Assembly: GCA_038087875.1 (NCBI GenBank)
Contig: CM075977.1
Location: 375,100,001-375,164,000, forward strand
From: Malacoraja senta
Lineage: Eukaryota
DNA length: 64,000 nucleotides
Reading direction: 5' to 3'
Below, in pieces: positions 38,078 through 50,770 of the stretch. The position numbers were made by a program, and so were the translations under genes. The notes beneath the pieces were generated by a model. That model had not been told where the DNA came from and did not search any database. It saw nothing but the letters and a program-made list of their open reading frames with translations. Numbering within the stretch: position 1 is the stretch's first letter; each line of letters begins with the position of its first letter.

Positions 38078-38723
38078 GATTACTATCTAAATGGCGTCCA
38101 GTTGGGAAAAGGGGAGGTACAACGGAATCTGGGGGTCCTTGTGCATCAGTCTATGAAAGTAAGCATGCAGGTACAGCAGGCAGTGAAGAAAGCAAATGGC
38201 ATGTTGGCCTTTATAACAAGAGGAATTGAATATAGGAGCAAAGAGGTCCCTCTGCAGTTGTACAGAGCCCTAGTTGTACAGAGCCCTGTGTGCAGTTTTG
38301 GTCCCCTAATTTGAGGAAGGACATTCTTGCTATTGAGGGAGTGCAGCGTAGGTTTACAAGGTTAATTCCCGGGATGGCGGGACTGTCATAAGCTGAGAGA
38401 ATGGAGCAGCTGGGCTTGTACACTCTGGAGTTTAGAAGGATGAGGGGATCTCATTGAAACATATAAGATTGTTAAGGGCTTGGACACGATAGAGGTAGGA
38501 AACATGTTCCCGATGTTGGGGGAGACCAGAACCAGGGGCCACAGTTTAAGAATAAGGAGTAAGCCATTTAGAACGGAGATGAGGAAACACTTCAGTCAGG
38601 GGATATGGGGAGAAGGCAGGAACGGGGTACTGATTGGGGATGATCAGCCATGATCACATTGAATGGCTCGAAGGGCCGAATGGCCTACTCCTGCACCTAT
38701 TGTCTATTGTCTATTGTCTATTG
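38078..38723 (+). mobile_element. CR1 LINE 3' fragment
   Basis: QRNLGVLVHQSMKVSMQVQQAVKKANGMLAFITRGIEYRSKEV, with a (CTATTGT)n tail. Confidence 0.9.
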
Positions 38724-39357
38724 GAATGCCCAGCCCATGGTCATTCTATGCAAAGGAGCGGCATTTGGAATGATTTTGAGAGCTTCAATTTACTGCACCA
38801 TAAGCAGCAGGAGGGGCATGCTCCCTCACAAGTTGGGTTCAGTTGATTATCTGAACATCCATATTTCCTTTTTACATAGAATGAGGCCATTCAGCCCATC
38901 AGGTCATTCCAAATCTCAGCCAAATCTCATTCCCTCATTAACTTTCCATGTTACCCATTCTTCCCACAGATTTCACTGCACATCTACACACAAGGGGTGA
39001 TTTAGAGTGAACAAGTAACCTATTAATCTGCATGTCTTTAAGGTGTGGGAGGTCCTGGGGGGAGAAAAAAAACTTCCAGTCACAGATTTCATTCAGAATT
39101 GAGCTGATTTCCATCAGACGGCACCGGTCTTATATATAGTTGCTTGGTCTCCGCTCTGCCGGAACAGCTCCTGCCCCATAAATGGAATGGTCTGCATTTC
39201 CCACTTTGACCTGATCAATCAGCTCAGAACCCACTAAACCAGAGAGGATGCAGGACATCCTCAAACTCTAGGACTGCCAAAGGAGGTGATCAGGAGAGCA
39301 AACATCTTTAAATCAGTGCCATAATTCATGCAATTGATTTTAAATAATTGCAATGAC

Positions 39358-39711
39358 TAGAAACATATAAAATTATAAAAGGACTGGACAAGCTAGATGC
39401 AGGAAAAAATTTCCCAATGTTGGGGGAGTCCAGAACCAGGGGCCACAGTCTAAGAATAAAGGGGAGTTTTCACCCAGAGAGTTGCGAATTTGTGGAATTC
39501 TCTGCCACAGAAGGCAGTGGAGGCCAATTCACTGGATGAATTTAAAAGAGAGTTAGATAGTGCTCTAGGGGCTAGCGGAATCAAGGGATATGGGGAGAAG
39601 GCAGGCACGGGTTACTGATTGTGGATGATCAGCCATGATCACAATGAATGGTGGTGCTGACTCGAAGGGCCAAATGGCCTTCACCTGCACCTATTTTCTA
39701 TGTTTCTATGT
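39358..39711 (+). mobile_element. CR1 LINE 3' end
   Basis: Same subfamily as 36386-36827. Confidence 0.9.
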
Positions 39712-40269
39712 GCCCTCAAAAAATGTACAAAATCATGTATGTTTCATCAAATCACATCAGTCAGTTTCTAAGAACATTAAATACTTCCTAATATATGAAA
39801 ACTTCTAAGGTTTTAGTTTCCTTGCACCTAAAAGAACTTCAACCATAGTCAGTGATTCTGAACCTGCTGTGTAGATGTATCTGCATGATTTTGCCTCGAA
39901 AATGCATCTATTATAAATGTTGGTTAAGGAGCTCTTAATTGCAGATGCTGGAAAAATCGAAGGTAGACAAAAATGCTGGAAAAACTCAGCGGGTGAGGCG
40001 GGTGAGGCAACAACTATGGAGCGAAGAAATAGGTGACGTTTCGGGTCGAGATCCTTCTTCAGACTGATCAATGTTGGAATTATTTCTGAGGAAGAGTACA
40101 AAATGCTGTCATGATCAAATAGCATACTGAGCAATTCTAAGGTCCTCAACAAAGTGCTGAAACCCACTGAAGGAATTCACTTCATTTTGGAGTGTGACTA
40201 GTTTTGCAGGGTGACCACCTGCCAGAATAATGTCTTACGATGCAGAGCACAAAAATGGTATTTTCACTC

Positions 40270-40571
40270 TTTAGTCTAGTTTAGAGATGCGGCGCGGAAA
40301 CAGACCCTTCGGCACAACAGGTCCACACTGACCAGCGATCCCCGCACATTAACACTATCCAACACACACTAGGGACAATTTTGCATTTTATACCAAGCCA
40401 ATTAACCTAAAAAACCTGTACATCTTTGGAGTGTGGAAGTTCTCTGAGAAAACCCACGCAGGTCATGGAGAGAGAGCACAACCTCCGTATAGACAAGCAA
40501 CCGTAGTCAGGATCGGACCCGGGTCTCTGACGCTGTAAAGCAGTAGTTTTACTGCTGCACCACCGTGCCGC
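40270..40571 (-). mobile_element. HE1-like V-SINE, full length
   Basis: Head GCGGCACGGTGGTGCAGCAGTAAAAC, V-domain and tail. Confidence 0.85.
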
Positions 40572-41405
40572 ATTACTGGGCATGACCTGCTGTTGACAAT
40601 CCTCAATCATCTACATTAGACTGATTTTAGGCAATTATATTGAAGACCAATGCAGGCTAATGGAAAGCAGTTTAATTCTGGCTGAAATCAGAGATAAAAA
40701 ACATAGTAATAAAATCTGGAACGTTTCTACATTGTTATGCATTGAATTGTGTGAAGATCTTAATTCATCTAAACGCTTTCCATAAAACTCCACGCATATT
40801 TCAGAAAAAAGTGCAAATTACATCTCGTCACATTACATGTCGTCAAGAGATTACATATCAGAATTACATATCTTCAACGGATTCAGATAATTCAGAAATC
40901 TTCAGTAAAAAAGACAACTCAGACACCACTACCAGACTGCAACCTATCTGGAGACCTTAACCAGAGATTACAACGGTGATTTTAACAAGGAGCACCCGAT
41001 GAGCTGGTATTTCTGAGATTACATTCTGAAATGGTGTTTTAAAAATTCTAATAATAACAGTGATTGATTAGCAATTGATAATAGTGCTTGATAATATTAA
41101 TGATTGATAGTATTAGTGGAAAGGTTTTCAAATCCAAAGGAAATTAAAATACTTTGAATGCTTTTCAGTTCTGCCTTATAATTAGGATAGATTACAGAAA
41201 AAGTTGCAAAATATGAATGAGCAAAAATGCCTTTGTGAGACAACTTTCACACGCAATGCCAGACAACATCAGTGCGATGAATGGTCAAATATTTTTCTTT
41301 CGAAACTACAGATGAGGAAAGAGTGAGAGCTCATCTTTAATCACTTCCAGCCAAATGATTGGATAGGACTTCTGTTTCATCTTCTCCAAATGGAGGTCAA
41401 TGGAT

Positions 41406-41738
41406 GGATGTTGGGGGAGTCCAGAACCAGGGGCCACAGTTTAAGAATAAGGGGTAAGCCATTTAGAACGGAGATGAGGAAACACTTTTTCACACAGAGA
41501 GTTGTGAGTATGTGGAATTCTTTGCCTCAGAGGGAGGTTCTCTACCTCGGAGGCAGGTTCTCTGGATACTTTCAAGAGAGCTAGATGGGGCTCTTAAAGA
41601 TAGCGGAGTCAGGAGATATGAGGAGAAGGCAGCAATGGGGTACCTATCGAGGATGATCAGCCATGATCACATTGAATGGGGGTGCTGGCTCGAAGGGCCG
41701 AATGGCCTACTCCTGCACCTATTTTCTATTGTCTATTG
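41406..41738 (+). mobile_element. CR1 LINE 3' end
   Basis: LGESRTRGHSLRIRGKPFRTEMRKHFFTQRVVSMWNSLPQ. Confidence 0.9.
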
Positions 41739-43394
41739 AAACGATGCAAGACTTTTTCCAGTGCAAAACTGTAGTGCAACCTGGATCACAAGCACAAACC
41801 CTCAAGTAGAAATTTAATAGTCAACCCCACAATCAAGATCATTACCAAATGATACAAGGTTAAGCTACCAGATACAGCAAAAATAGGTTTTGAGTGTAAA
41901 AATGTCATCACGTGAGTTCCCTACAAAAAAAATCCCAATCTTTCGGAATGAAATACACAACAAAAATTTGAGCTTTATCTTCTTATATTGAACGCATCTT
42001 TATTTTTCAGTTTTCTGCATCAGCATCAAATTGGCCCCGAGTAGAATAGTGTGCACATATATATTTATATTAAATCGTGATAAATAAATTGAATAAGCTG
42101 TCTGCGATTTTATGTTATTAAGATAGGTTATCGGGAGAAATAGGCTGGTATGTTTTAGTGATAAGGCCGAATGAATTAAGGCAAAGTGTGATTGCGTGAA
42201 ATGGGATTGCTCAGGGCGACGTGGTGATGGTCTATCAAGGTGCATGTGAAAGAACTATTAAATGCCTTGTAAACTGTGGCTGAATGACATTGAAAGCTGA
42301 CGTCTTATACTTCCCAGAGCAGGAGGATTCAGCTTTGTTGTAAAGGAAAGATCAACTGCGAAGTGAATTTCAGATGTAATGCCCCCACCCCCCCCCCCAC
42401 CCCCCCACCGGAAGGAAGTGACAAACTCTGAGCCACAACTGCCTATACTTGAGGCAGCTCAAGAAATTGAGGAAAGGAAGTGATCCCCTCCTAAATCTCT
42501 CGATATTTGTTAATGCAGTTTCCTCCATAACCTGTAGATATTAAATCATGCTGCAATTCAGCTTTGTGTATTGGAATTCCTTTTAAACAAACTAGCTTGA
42601 GCATCAATGATAAAGAACCTACGATAAAGAACCTATAGTGATGTTCCTGACATTCAAATTATTTTACAGCCCACAAGATATATTTGCAGTTATTGCAAGG
42701 TAGGAAATGTCGCAGATAATTTGAGTAGAATAAAGGACCTGATTAATCTGTTGTCAGATGTTACAGGGTCAATCTACCTCAGGATCCTCAGAGAATAGTG
42801 TCATTCACCGTTTGCATCTGCTTGATCTCTTCCAGATTTCATCGTTCCCTCCATCCCAACTACAAAGGTCCTGACCTGCAACGTCATTTTATTCGTTTTT
42901 CAGAGTTGCTGCCTGATGCACTGAGCTACTCCAGAACTTTGTGTCTTTAAAAAAAAAAAACATTTCTAACGCTGCTCAAAACACTATTCCACCCATAGAG
43001 TCCTTATTCTGCATAGGAGTATCAACCTGAATTATTTGCTCTAAGACCTGGATTTTTTTTTAAAACATATTTATTCATTCACGGATGAATGTGCTTCTGG
43101 CAAATTGCCCATTTCTAACCGCCCTTGTGAATTGGTATCCATGTCATTTCTGTGAGCAATTAAGAATGAAACACATCAAGTGACAATTCACATATGGGAA
43201 GGATCAGAAATCACAGCAGATTTTTATCATTAAAGTAAATTAGAAAACAAGTCAACATTTTTGACATGCGTGTACCATGACTACCAGTCATACTGTAACA
43301 TTAACTCCACCTCTGCTCTTCTCTTCTAAAGCTCCTCCTTGTTTACACATCCCTCAAAGGCAGTATTTTTCCCTCCAAATTTAATTTCCTACAG

Positions 43395-43868
43395 AGAACT
43401 TTACAAGGACTTTGCCAGGACTTGAGGGTCTGAGCAACAGAGAAGAGCTGGGCAGGCTAGGACTTTATTCCTTGGAGTGCAGGAGGCCGAGGGGGTGATC
43501 ATATGGCGTTGTATGAAATAAAATCATGAGTGGAATAGATAAGATGAATGCACAGAGTCTTTTATCCAGGGTAGGGGTATCAAAAACAAGAGGACATATG
43601 TTCCAGGTGAGAGGGGACAAGGTTTAATACAAATCTAAGGTGCAACCTTTTCCATATAGAGGGTGGTTGTTATATAGAACAATCTGCGGAGGTGTCGGTT
43701 GTGGCAGATACTATAACAACATTTAAAAGATGCTTGGACTAGTACATGGATAGGAAGGGTTTAGAGGGATATGGGCCATATGCAGGCAAATGGGACTAGC
43801 TTAGATGGTGCATGTTGTTCAGCATGGATGAGTTAGGCTGAAGGGCCTGTTTCAGCACTGTATGACTC
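43395..43868 (+). mobile_element. CR1 LINE 3' end (older subfamily)
   Basis: Ends GGGCCTGTTTCAGCACTGTATGACTC, the tail shared with the V-SINEs. Confidence 0.85.
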
Positions 43869-44501
43869 AAAGAGAAAGAAAAACTCACCAAGAAATTTAT
43901 GGTCCTCCAATTTTGGTCTCCAAATTATTCACAATTTTAATTGCTTCAACATTAGCAGCCTGGTCATCAACTTGCAACCCGAAAGTTATGGAATTTCCTC
44001 CTTGAAACTCTTTTTAAGACACACCCTGAATCTTGTCTCTATGATAATATATTTGGGCATCTGGCCTAATGGATAGCTTGCTGACAAACAATTTTGATTG
44101 TACTCCCAATAGAGATTTTTAGCATTACGTTGCTGAAGATCTAATAGTAAGTTCCAAATATTGTTCTAATAGTAAGTTTCAACTATTTTTTGCCCTTGGG
44201 CCAAATGGATCTAATTTTCTCTGCAATGCTCCAAATAGAAGGCAATGCTGTAATCCTGTGTGCTACTAATGTGAAAATAGTTAATTTGCACAATGGTGAA
44301 ACACATTTAGAAGCACCTGTTTTAATTTCCGAACTGATGTGAAATGCTCTGGAAATGGTCATTACCACATTTCGCTCCACATAAAGTCAATTTTTGTTTA
44401 TTTAACACCAAAATGAGCCATACCATGGCATACTAGGCCCCACTATTTCAGGTTTTTCTATAAGATTATATTTTTGTCACAACAGACAACAGCACAGTGA
44501 A

Positions 44502-44690
44502 GATAGACAATAAAGTGCTGGAGTAACTCAACGGGTCAAGTAGCAACTCATGAGAAAAAAGATAGATGACGGTCACAAGCTGAAAAGTAATCTATCCTTT
44601 TGCTCCAGAGATGCTGCCTGACCCGCGGAGTTACTCTAGCACTCTGTGTCTATCTTTGGTATAAACCAGAATCTGCAGTCCTTTGTTTCT
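44502..44690. mobile_element. PLE-derived fold-back unit
   Basis: Inverted arms. TSD acaacaKcacaKtgaa at 44486-44501 / 44691-44706. Confidence 0.75.
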
Positions 44691-45804
44691 ACAACATCAC
44701 ATTGAAATTGCTTTGTATCCCGTTCTTAATCTCAATAACATGTTTCTGTATCATGGAGCTATGATGATTGGGATAAAGGACCATGCTGGAATGCCAAGTT
44801 CTGATAGCTTGACTATACAGTTGTCCAAGAGGCATGCTCCTCCTTTGCTCTTGCTCTGTACCATGTACTGATCTGCATTAATTCACCCCAATACACAAGT
44901 ATTTATGAGGAATGTTTGCGGAAACACGTTTATTTACTCATTTGCCACAATGGAAACAGTATTTTGGTTAAAAACTTCACAAACTGGATTTCCCCACTTC
45001 ACGGTTACAATACCTTAGCAATATTTAACATGGGCTCTCATTCCAGGGAACAATAAACATTAAAAACTGAAGCCAAGATGGGAGGAAACTAGGAAAGGGA
45101 AGGGCCACCTGACTGGCCCACCTCAGCCTGATCGACACCCACCTCCCACTACGTCCGCACCCCTTCAGAACTGCAACTGAAGGCTCACAAATTCCAGAGC
45201 TGCAGTGACCAGCAGCTCTTAAAGCAGGAAATGCACTCCTGCGTCACAGCAATCTCCTGTAGGCTATGAATAAAGGGGTGGAATCAGAAACTCAATACAT
45301 GCATAAGACGGATATTACAACAAGAAGCCTTTACACACCTGGCTTTGAAGCTGGGTCTGAGACACTTCAATGGAGGAAGAACCCACTAATTTAGGAAGGT
45401 GGGTTTCAGCAGACTTGGCATTGAATTATGGCAGGAAAGACACAAAGTGCTGGAGTAACTCAACGGATCAGGCTAGCATGCTGGAGAACATGGATAGATG
45501 ACGTTTCAGGTCAGAACTCTTCTTCAGACTGATTGCAGGGGTTGGGTGGAAAGGACAAAACCAGGCAAGTCATTGGAAGAGTAGAGGGGCAGGACAACGC
45601 ATAGCACTGAATTATGAATTCGAAAGGAGAATATATTAAATAAATTTAGATAAATTCATGCTGTGAATGTTAATTCAATGAAATTATTGGTTCAAGATAT
45701 GTTGCAGAATGTCCCCTATTTATTGAGGAGTGAGGGTGCATTTGTAAGTCTATAGTAAGTCTTCCCTCAATCACTTCCCCAATACTCAAAGTATTGAGTA
45801 TTGG

Positions 45805-45968
45805 CGGCACCCTGCAAGATGTTTGGTGGTGAGTAGTCGCCCAAAGAGTCGTACCTTTTTCTGGTCGCTGCTGGATTTTCAACATGTTGAAAATTTTCAG
45901 CAACCTGCTGCGACTATGACGGGTGCCGGCAAGTCGCCGAAAAAAATCACATAAGTGGGACAGGCCAT
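45805..45968. mobile_element. Truncated Harbinger-type MITE (right end only)
   Basis: Ends TAAGTGGGACAGGCCA. Palindrome ATTTTCAACATGTTGAAAAT at 45875-45894. Confidence 0.75.
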
Positions 45969-46800
45969 TTAGCCTTCATCTTTTTCTCCATAATAAAAAC
46001 AGGAGAATTATTCATTCAGGACCTTGCCCATCTCCTCTGACTCTGCACATGGATGACTGCATTTGTTTCTGAAGGGCCCTGCACACTCTCTCCAATTACC
46101 CTCTTTCCCTTAATGAACATAAAATCTCTTCTGGATTCTTCTTAATGCTAGCTGCAGAGTTATCTCCTGCCCCCTTTTTGTCCTCCTGATTTCCTTCATA
46201 CAGTAACCATGCTTCTCAGTCCCCAATCTTCTTCCAGGGATACACTTCATCCCGACTGCCTATACATGGCCCATTCCTCCTTTCCCCCCCCCCCTTTCCT
46301 GAGCCTCAATTTCCCTCATCATACAATCTTCCTTACTCCCAGCAGTCTTGGCCTTCCAGTGACAGGAACATTCATGCTCTGAACTCTAACCATTAGTCTT
46401 TTACAATCATCCCACTTTCTGGAAATCCCTTTGCCCGCAAACATCCGCCTCAAATCAACCTTTGGAAGTTTCCGTCTAATACCAAAATTGAACTTGCCCC
46501 AATTCAGAGCTTTAACTTGCAGGCCCATCCGGGCCTTAACCACAACTATGTTAAAGCTAATAAAACTGGGCTCGCTTTGTCCTCTCCCATGTAGGGCCCC
46601 CCTACATATTGCTCAAGGAAACTTTCCTGAACACATTTGACAAATTCCACACTGTCTAAGCCCTCAGTGTTATTGCAGTCCCAGTCTACATTGGGAAAGT
46701 AAAATTCCCCGACAATGACAATCAATTAGTCTTGCAGCTGCCTGCAATCTCCCGCCTATTTGTTCTTCTAATTGCCATTGACTATTTGGGGGTCTATAGT

Positions 46801-48857
46801 CAAGTCAAGGGAGTTTTATTGTCATGTGTCCCAGATAGTTCAATGAAATTCTTGCTTGCTGCAGCGCAACAGAATATGTAAGCATAATTCAGAACAGGAG
46901 ATAAAAGTTCAGTGTGTCTATATACGATAGGCCATATATGTACACAATAAATAAACAGTTAAAGTGCAATAGACTGTTATTGTTCAGAGCTTGTTTGATG
47001 TTGTACTTAGTAGCCTGATGGCTGTGGAGAAGAAGCTGTACTTGAACCTGGATGTTCCAGATTCCAAGCTTCTGTACCTTAGACAATAGACAATAGACAA
47101 TAGGTGCAGGAGTAGGCCATTTGGCCGTTCGAGCCAGCACCGCCATTCAATGTGATCATGGCTGATCATCCCCAATCAGTACCCCGTTCCTGCCTTCTCC
47201 CAATATCCCCTGACTCCGCTATTTTTAAGAGCCCTATCTAGCTCTCTCTTGAAAGCATCCAGAGAACCTGCCTCCACCGCCCTCTGAGGCAGAGAATTCC
47301 ACAGACTCACCACTCTCTGTGAGAAAAAGTGTTTCCTCGTCTCCGTCCTAAGGCTTGCTCCTTATTCTTAAACTGTGGCCCCTGGTTCTGGACTCCCCCA
47401 ACATCGGGAACATGTTTCCTGCCTCTAGTGTGTCCAAGCCCTTAACAATCTTATATGTTTCAATGAGATACCCTCTCATCCTTTTAAACTCCAGAGTGTA
47501 CAAGCCCAGCTTCTCCATTCTCTCAGCATTCGACAGTCGCCCCATCCCGGGAATTAACCTTGTAAACCTATGCTGCACTCCCTCAATAGCAAGAATGTCC
47601 TTCCTCAAATTAGGGGACCAAAACTGCACACAATACTCTAGGTGTGGTCTCACTGGGGCTCTGTAGAAACATAGAAACATAGAAAATAGGTGCAGGAGTA
47701 GGCCATTCGGCCCTTTGAGCCTGCACCGCTATTCAATATGATCATGGCTGATCATCCAACTCAGTATCCTGTACCTGCCTTCTCTCCATACCCCCTGATC
47801 CCTTTAGCCACAAGGGCCACATCTAACTCCCTCTTAAATATAGCCAATGAACTGGCCTCAACTACCTTCTGTGGCAGAGAATTCCACAGATTCACCACTC
47901 TCTGTGTGAAAAATGTTTTTCTCATCTAAAAGACTTCCCCCTTATCCTTAAACTGTGACCCCTTGTTCTGGACTTCCCCAACATCGGAAACAATCTTCCT
48001 GCATCTAGCCTGTCCAACCCCTTAAGAATTTTGTACGTTTCTATAAGATCCCCCCTCAATCTTCTAAATTCTAGTGAGTACAAGCCGAGTCTATCCAGTC
48101 TTTCTGCAGAAAGCATCCAAGAAGAGAGGTCCTTCTGCAGTTCTCTGTACAACAGCAGAAGGACCTCTTTGCTCCTATATTCGATTCCTCTTGTTATAAA
48201 GGCCAACATGCCATTTGCTTTCTTCATTGCCTGCTGTACCTGCATGCTTACTTTCATAGACTGATGTACAAGGACCCCCAGATCCTGTTGTACTTCCCCT
48301 TTTCCCAACTTGACGCCATTTAGATAGTAATCTGCCTTCCTGTTTTTGCTACCAAAGTGGATAACCTCACATTTATCCGCATTAAACTTCATTTGCCATG
48401 CATCTACCTTCTTACGGAGAGATGAGTGTATGGCCAGGGATAGTGTGGGTCTTTGATGATGCTGGCTGCCTTTTTGAGGCAGCGACTGCGATAGATCCCT
48501 TCAATGGTGGGGAGGTCAGAGCCGATGATGGACTGGGCAGTGGTCACAACTTTCTGCATTCTTTTCCGCTCCTGGACGCTCAAGTTGCTGAACCAAGCCA
48601 CGATGCAACCAGTCAGCATGCTCTCTACTGTGCACCTGTAGAAGTTCGAGAGAGTCCTCATTGACATTCTGACTCTCCGTAGTCTTCTCAGGAAGTAGAG
48701 GTACTGATGTGCTTTCTTTATAATTGCATCAGTGTGCTGGGACCAGGAAAGATCTTCGGAAATATGCACGCCCAGGAATTTGAAGTTCTTGGCCTTTTCC
48801 ACCATCGTTGATATAAACGGGATTGTGGGTCCCCAACCTACCCCTTCCGAAGTCCAT
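46801..48857 (-). mobile_element. Rex1/Babar-type LINE 3' part (46801-47079 and 48403-48857)
   Basis: ORF 48404-48805 reads FKFLGVHISEDLSWSQHTDAIIKKAHQYLYFLRRL...FYRCTVESMLTGCIVAW. Confidence 0.9.
47080..48403 (-). mobile_element. Young CR1 (47080-47665 and 48143-48403) containing a second CR1 (47666-48105)
   Basis: ORFs read RPHLEYCVQFWSPNLRKDILAIEGVQ and FNADKCEVIHFG. TSD CTCTGTA at 47659-47665 / 48143-48149. Confidence 0.9.
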
Positions 48858-49031
48858 CAAGGTAATTATACTTTTTTATTTGCAAACCATAAAGTTCCAC
48901 TGGCTGAGCCACCAGTCATCTTGGACTACTGCTGTGATGTTCCCCTTAAATCAGTAAAGCCACACCTCCTCCTTATACTCCCACCTCTATCTCATTTGTG
49001 ACACCTGTACCTTGGAGCATTAAGCTTCCAG

Positions 49032-49234
49032 AAAATAGACAAAAAAGCTGGAGTAACTCAGCGGGATGGGCAGCATCTCTGGCAAGAAGGAATGGGCGAC
49101 GTTTCGGGTCGAGGCCCTTTGACCTGAAACGTCACCCATTCCTTCTCTTCAGAGATGCTGCCTGTCCCAATGAGTTACTCCAGCTTTTTGTGGCTACCTT
49201 CAGTTTAAACCAGCATCTGCAGTTCCTTCCTACA
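49032..49234. mobile_element. PLE-derived fold-back unit with a perfect 14-bp TSD
   Basis: TSD CATTAAGCTTCCAG at 49018-49031 / 49235-49248. Inverted arms of about 75 bp. Confidence 0.85.
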
Positions 49235-50149
49235 CATTAAGCTTCCAGTCCTGTCCCTCCTTCAGCCAGGTTTCCTTAATGGCTATAACGTTCCAGTCAC
49301 AAGAAAAGGCGGAAACAGAATCGACAGTGACTTCCAATAAAAACAGTAAGAATCCTCTTAAGAACAATTGATCGGAAGATAATTATGTACATAAAGTCAA
49401 TATTGATCTATTGAAGCAGTGCACAGCAATCATTAGATTTGATTGAAGAGAAATCTTCCAATTAAATCCACTAGACCTGGCTTTTGGTTTATATAGGCAG
49501 CCTTAAAAATAATTCTTATATGACCTACAGATAGCTCTGCTATAATCGATAGCTGGTTGCCAGGTAATCTTGTCTTATGGAAAATCATGATATAAAAATA
49601 AGTGCGTCGATTAAGAGAAAGGGGGTTAGTTAGGGAATTTCAGTCTCACATTAACAACATTATTTTTTGTGCAGGATTTTCAAAAATGAGAGTATTTTTA
49701 ATAGTTACAAGTTTATTTTTGTTACTGCAAGCTTAAAATACAAATGGCTGTATATTCAATCGTTCAATAGATTTAGGGAATAGGTTCCATTGCAAAAATT
49801 AGGCAGGTGCGAGGCAGAAAGCGATGAAAACATGTTCAGTAGACAGGATAGGCAGGAGCACGGCAAGGAGCGAGCAAGTACTGTTGGATTAAATTGCATT
49901 TATTTCAATGTGAGAAGCCTGGCGGATGAGGTGGATGAACTCAGGCGTGGATATTTATCTCCCAATCAATTGTATTTTTTTAAGAGGACTCATACTGTTT
50001 TTATTGGAGGTTGCGCTATATTCTGCTTCCAGAACTCTTACAGTGAATCAGTATACAAGTAAATGAACTATTTACAGTGAGTTGTACTCCCTATCTCATC
50101 TCCAAATGATTACTTTTTATAGTATTTTCATTAAAGAACACTTAAAAGA

Positions 50150-50770
50150 ATCAGGAAACAACCTTGTTGAGGAGACGCACCCTGGCCACTCCCTCTTCTC
50201 CCCTCTTGCATAAGACAAAAGGGATAGAAGTGTGAAAACGCACACCTCCAGATTCTGGGACAGTTTCTTCCCAGTTGTTATCAGGCAACTGAATCATCAT
50301 TCCACAACCAGAGAAGAGTTCTGATCTACTATCTACGATGCGATAGAAATTTATTTATCCCAGGAGGGAAATTAATTTGCCAACAGTCATAAAAAGCACA
50401 AAATACATGAAACATGATTATATGAAAATAAAGTGACGAGTGGTCTTTGGGGATGTGCAAAGATGGAGGTGGGGGGTGGGGGGGGGGGGGTTAGTCTCAG
50501 TCTCAGTCTACCCCACGACAGAAGGGGGAGGAGTTGAATAGTTTGATAGCTACAGGGAAGAAGGATCTACCTCAACGGCGTCCCTCGGACTATCCTTGAT
50601 CGGACTTTGCTGACTTTACCTTGCACTAAAAGTTATTCCCTTATCGTGTAGCTATACACCGTAAATGGCTCGATTGTAATCATGCATCATCTTTCTGCAG
50701 ACTGGTTAGCACGCAACAAAAGCTTTTCACTGTACCTCGGTGCATGCGACAATAAAAAAAGCTGAACTGA
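50150..50770 (+). mobile_element. Rex1-type LINE 3' end interrupted by an inverted Rex tail (about 50336-50565)
   Basis: HPGHSLFSPL...DSFFPVVIRQLN, ending in the tail TTTCACTGTACCTCGGTGCATGCGACAATAAA. Confidence 0.75.

Larger units (their letters stand above)
46020..49300 (-). mobile_element. Old CR1 ORF2 remnant hosting nested Rex1, two CR1 subfamilies and a PLE unit
   Basis: Host pieces at 46020-46800 (LNWGKFNFGIRRKLPKVD) and 48860-49300. Confidence 0.7.
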
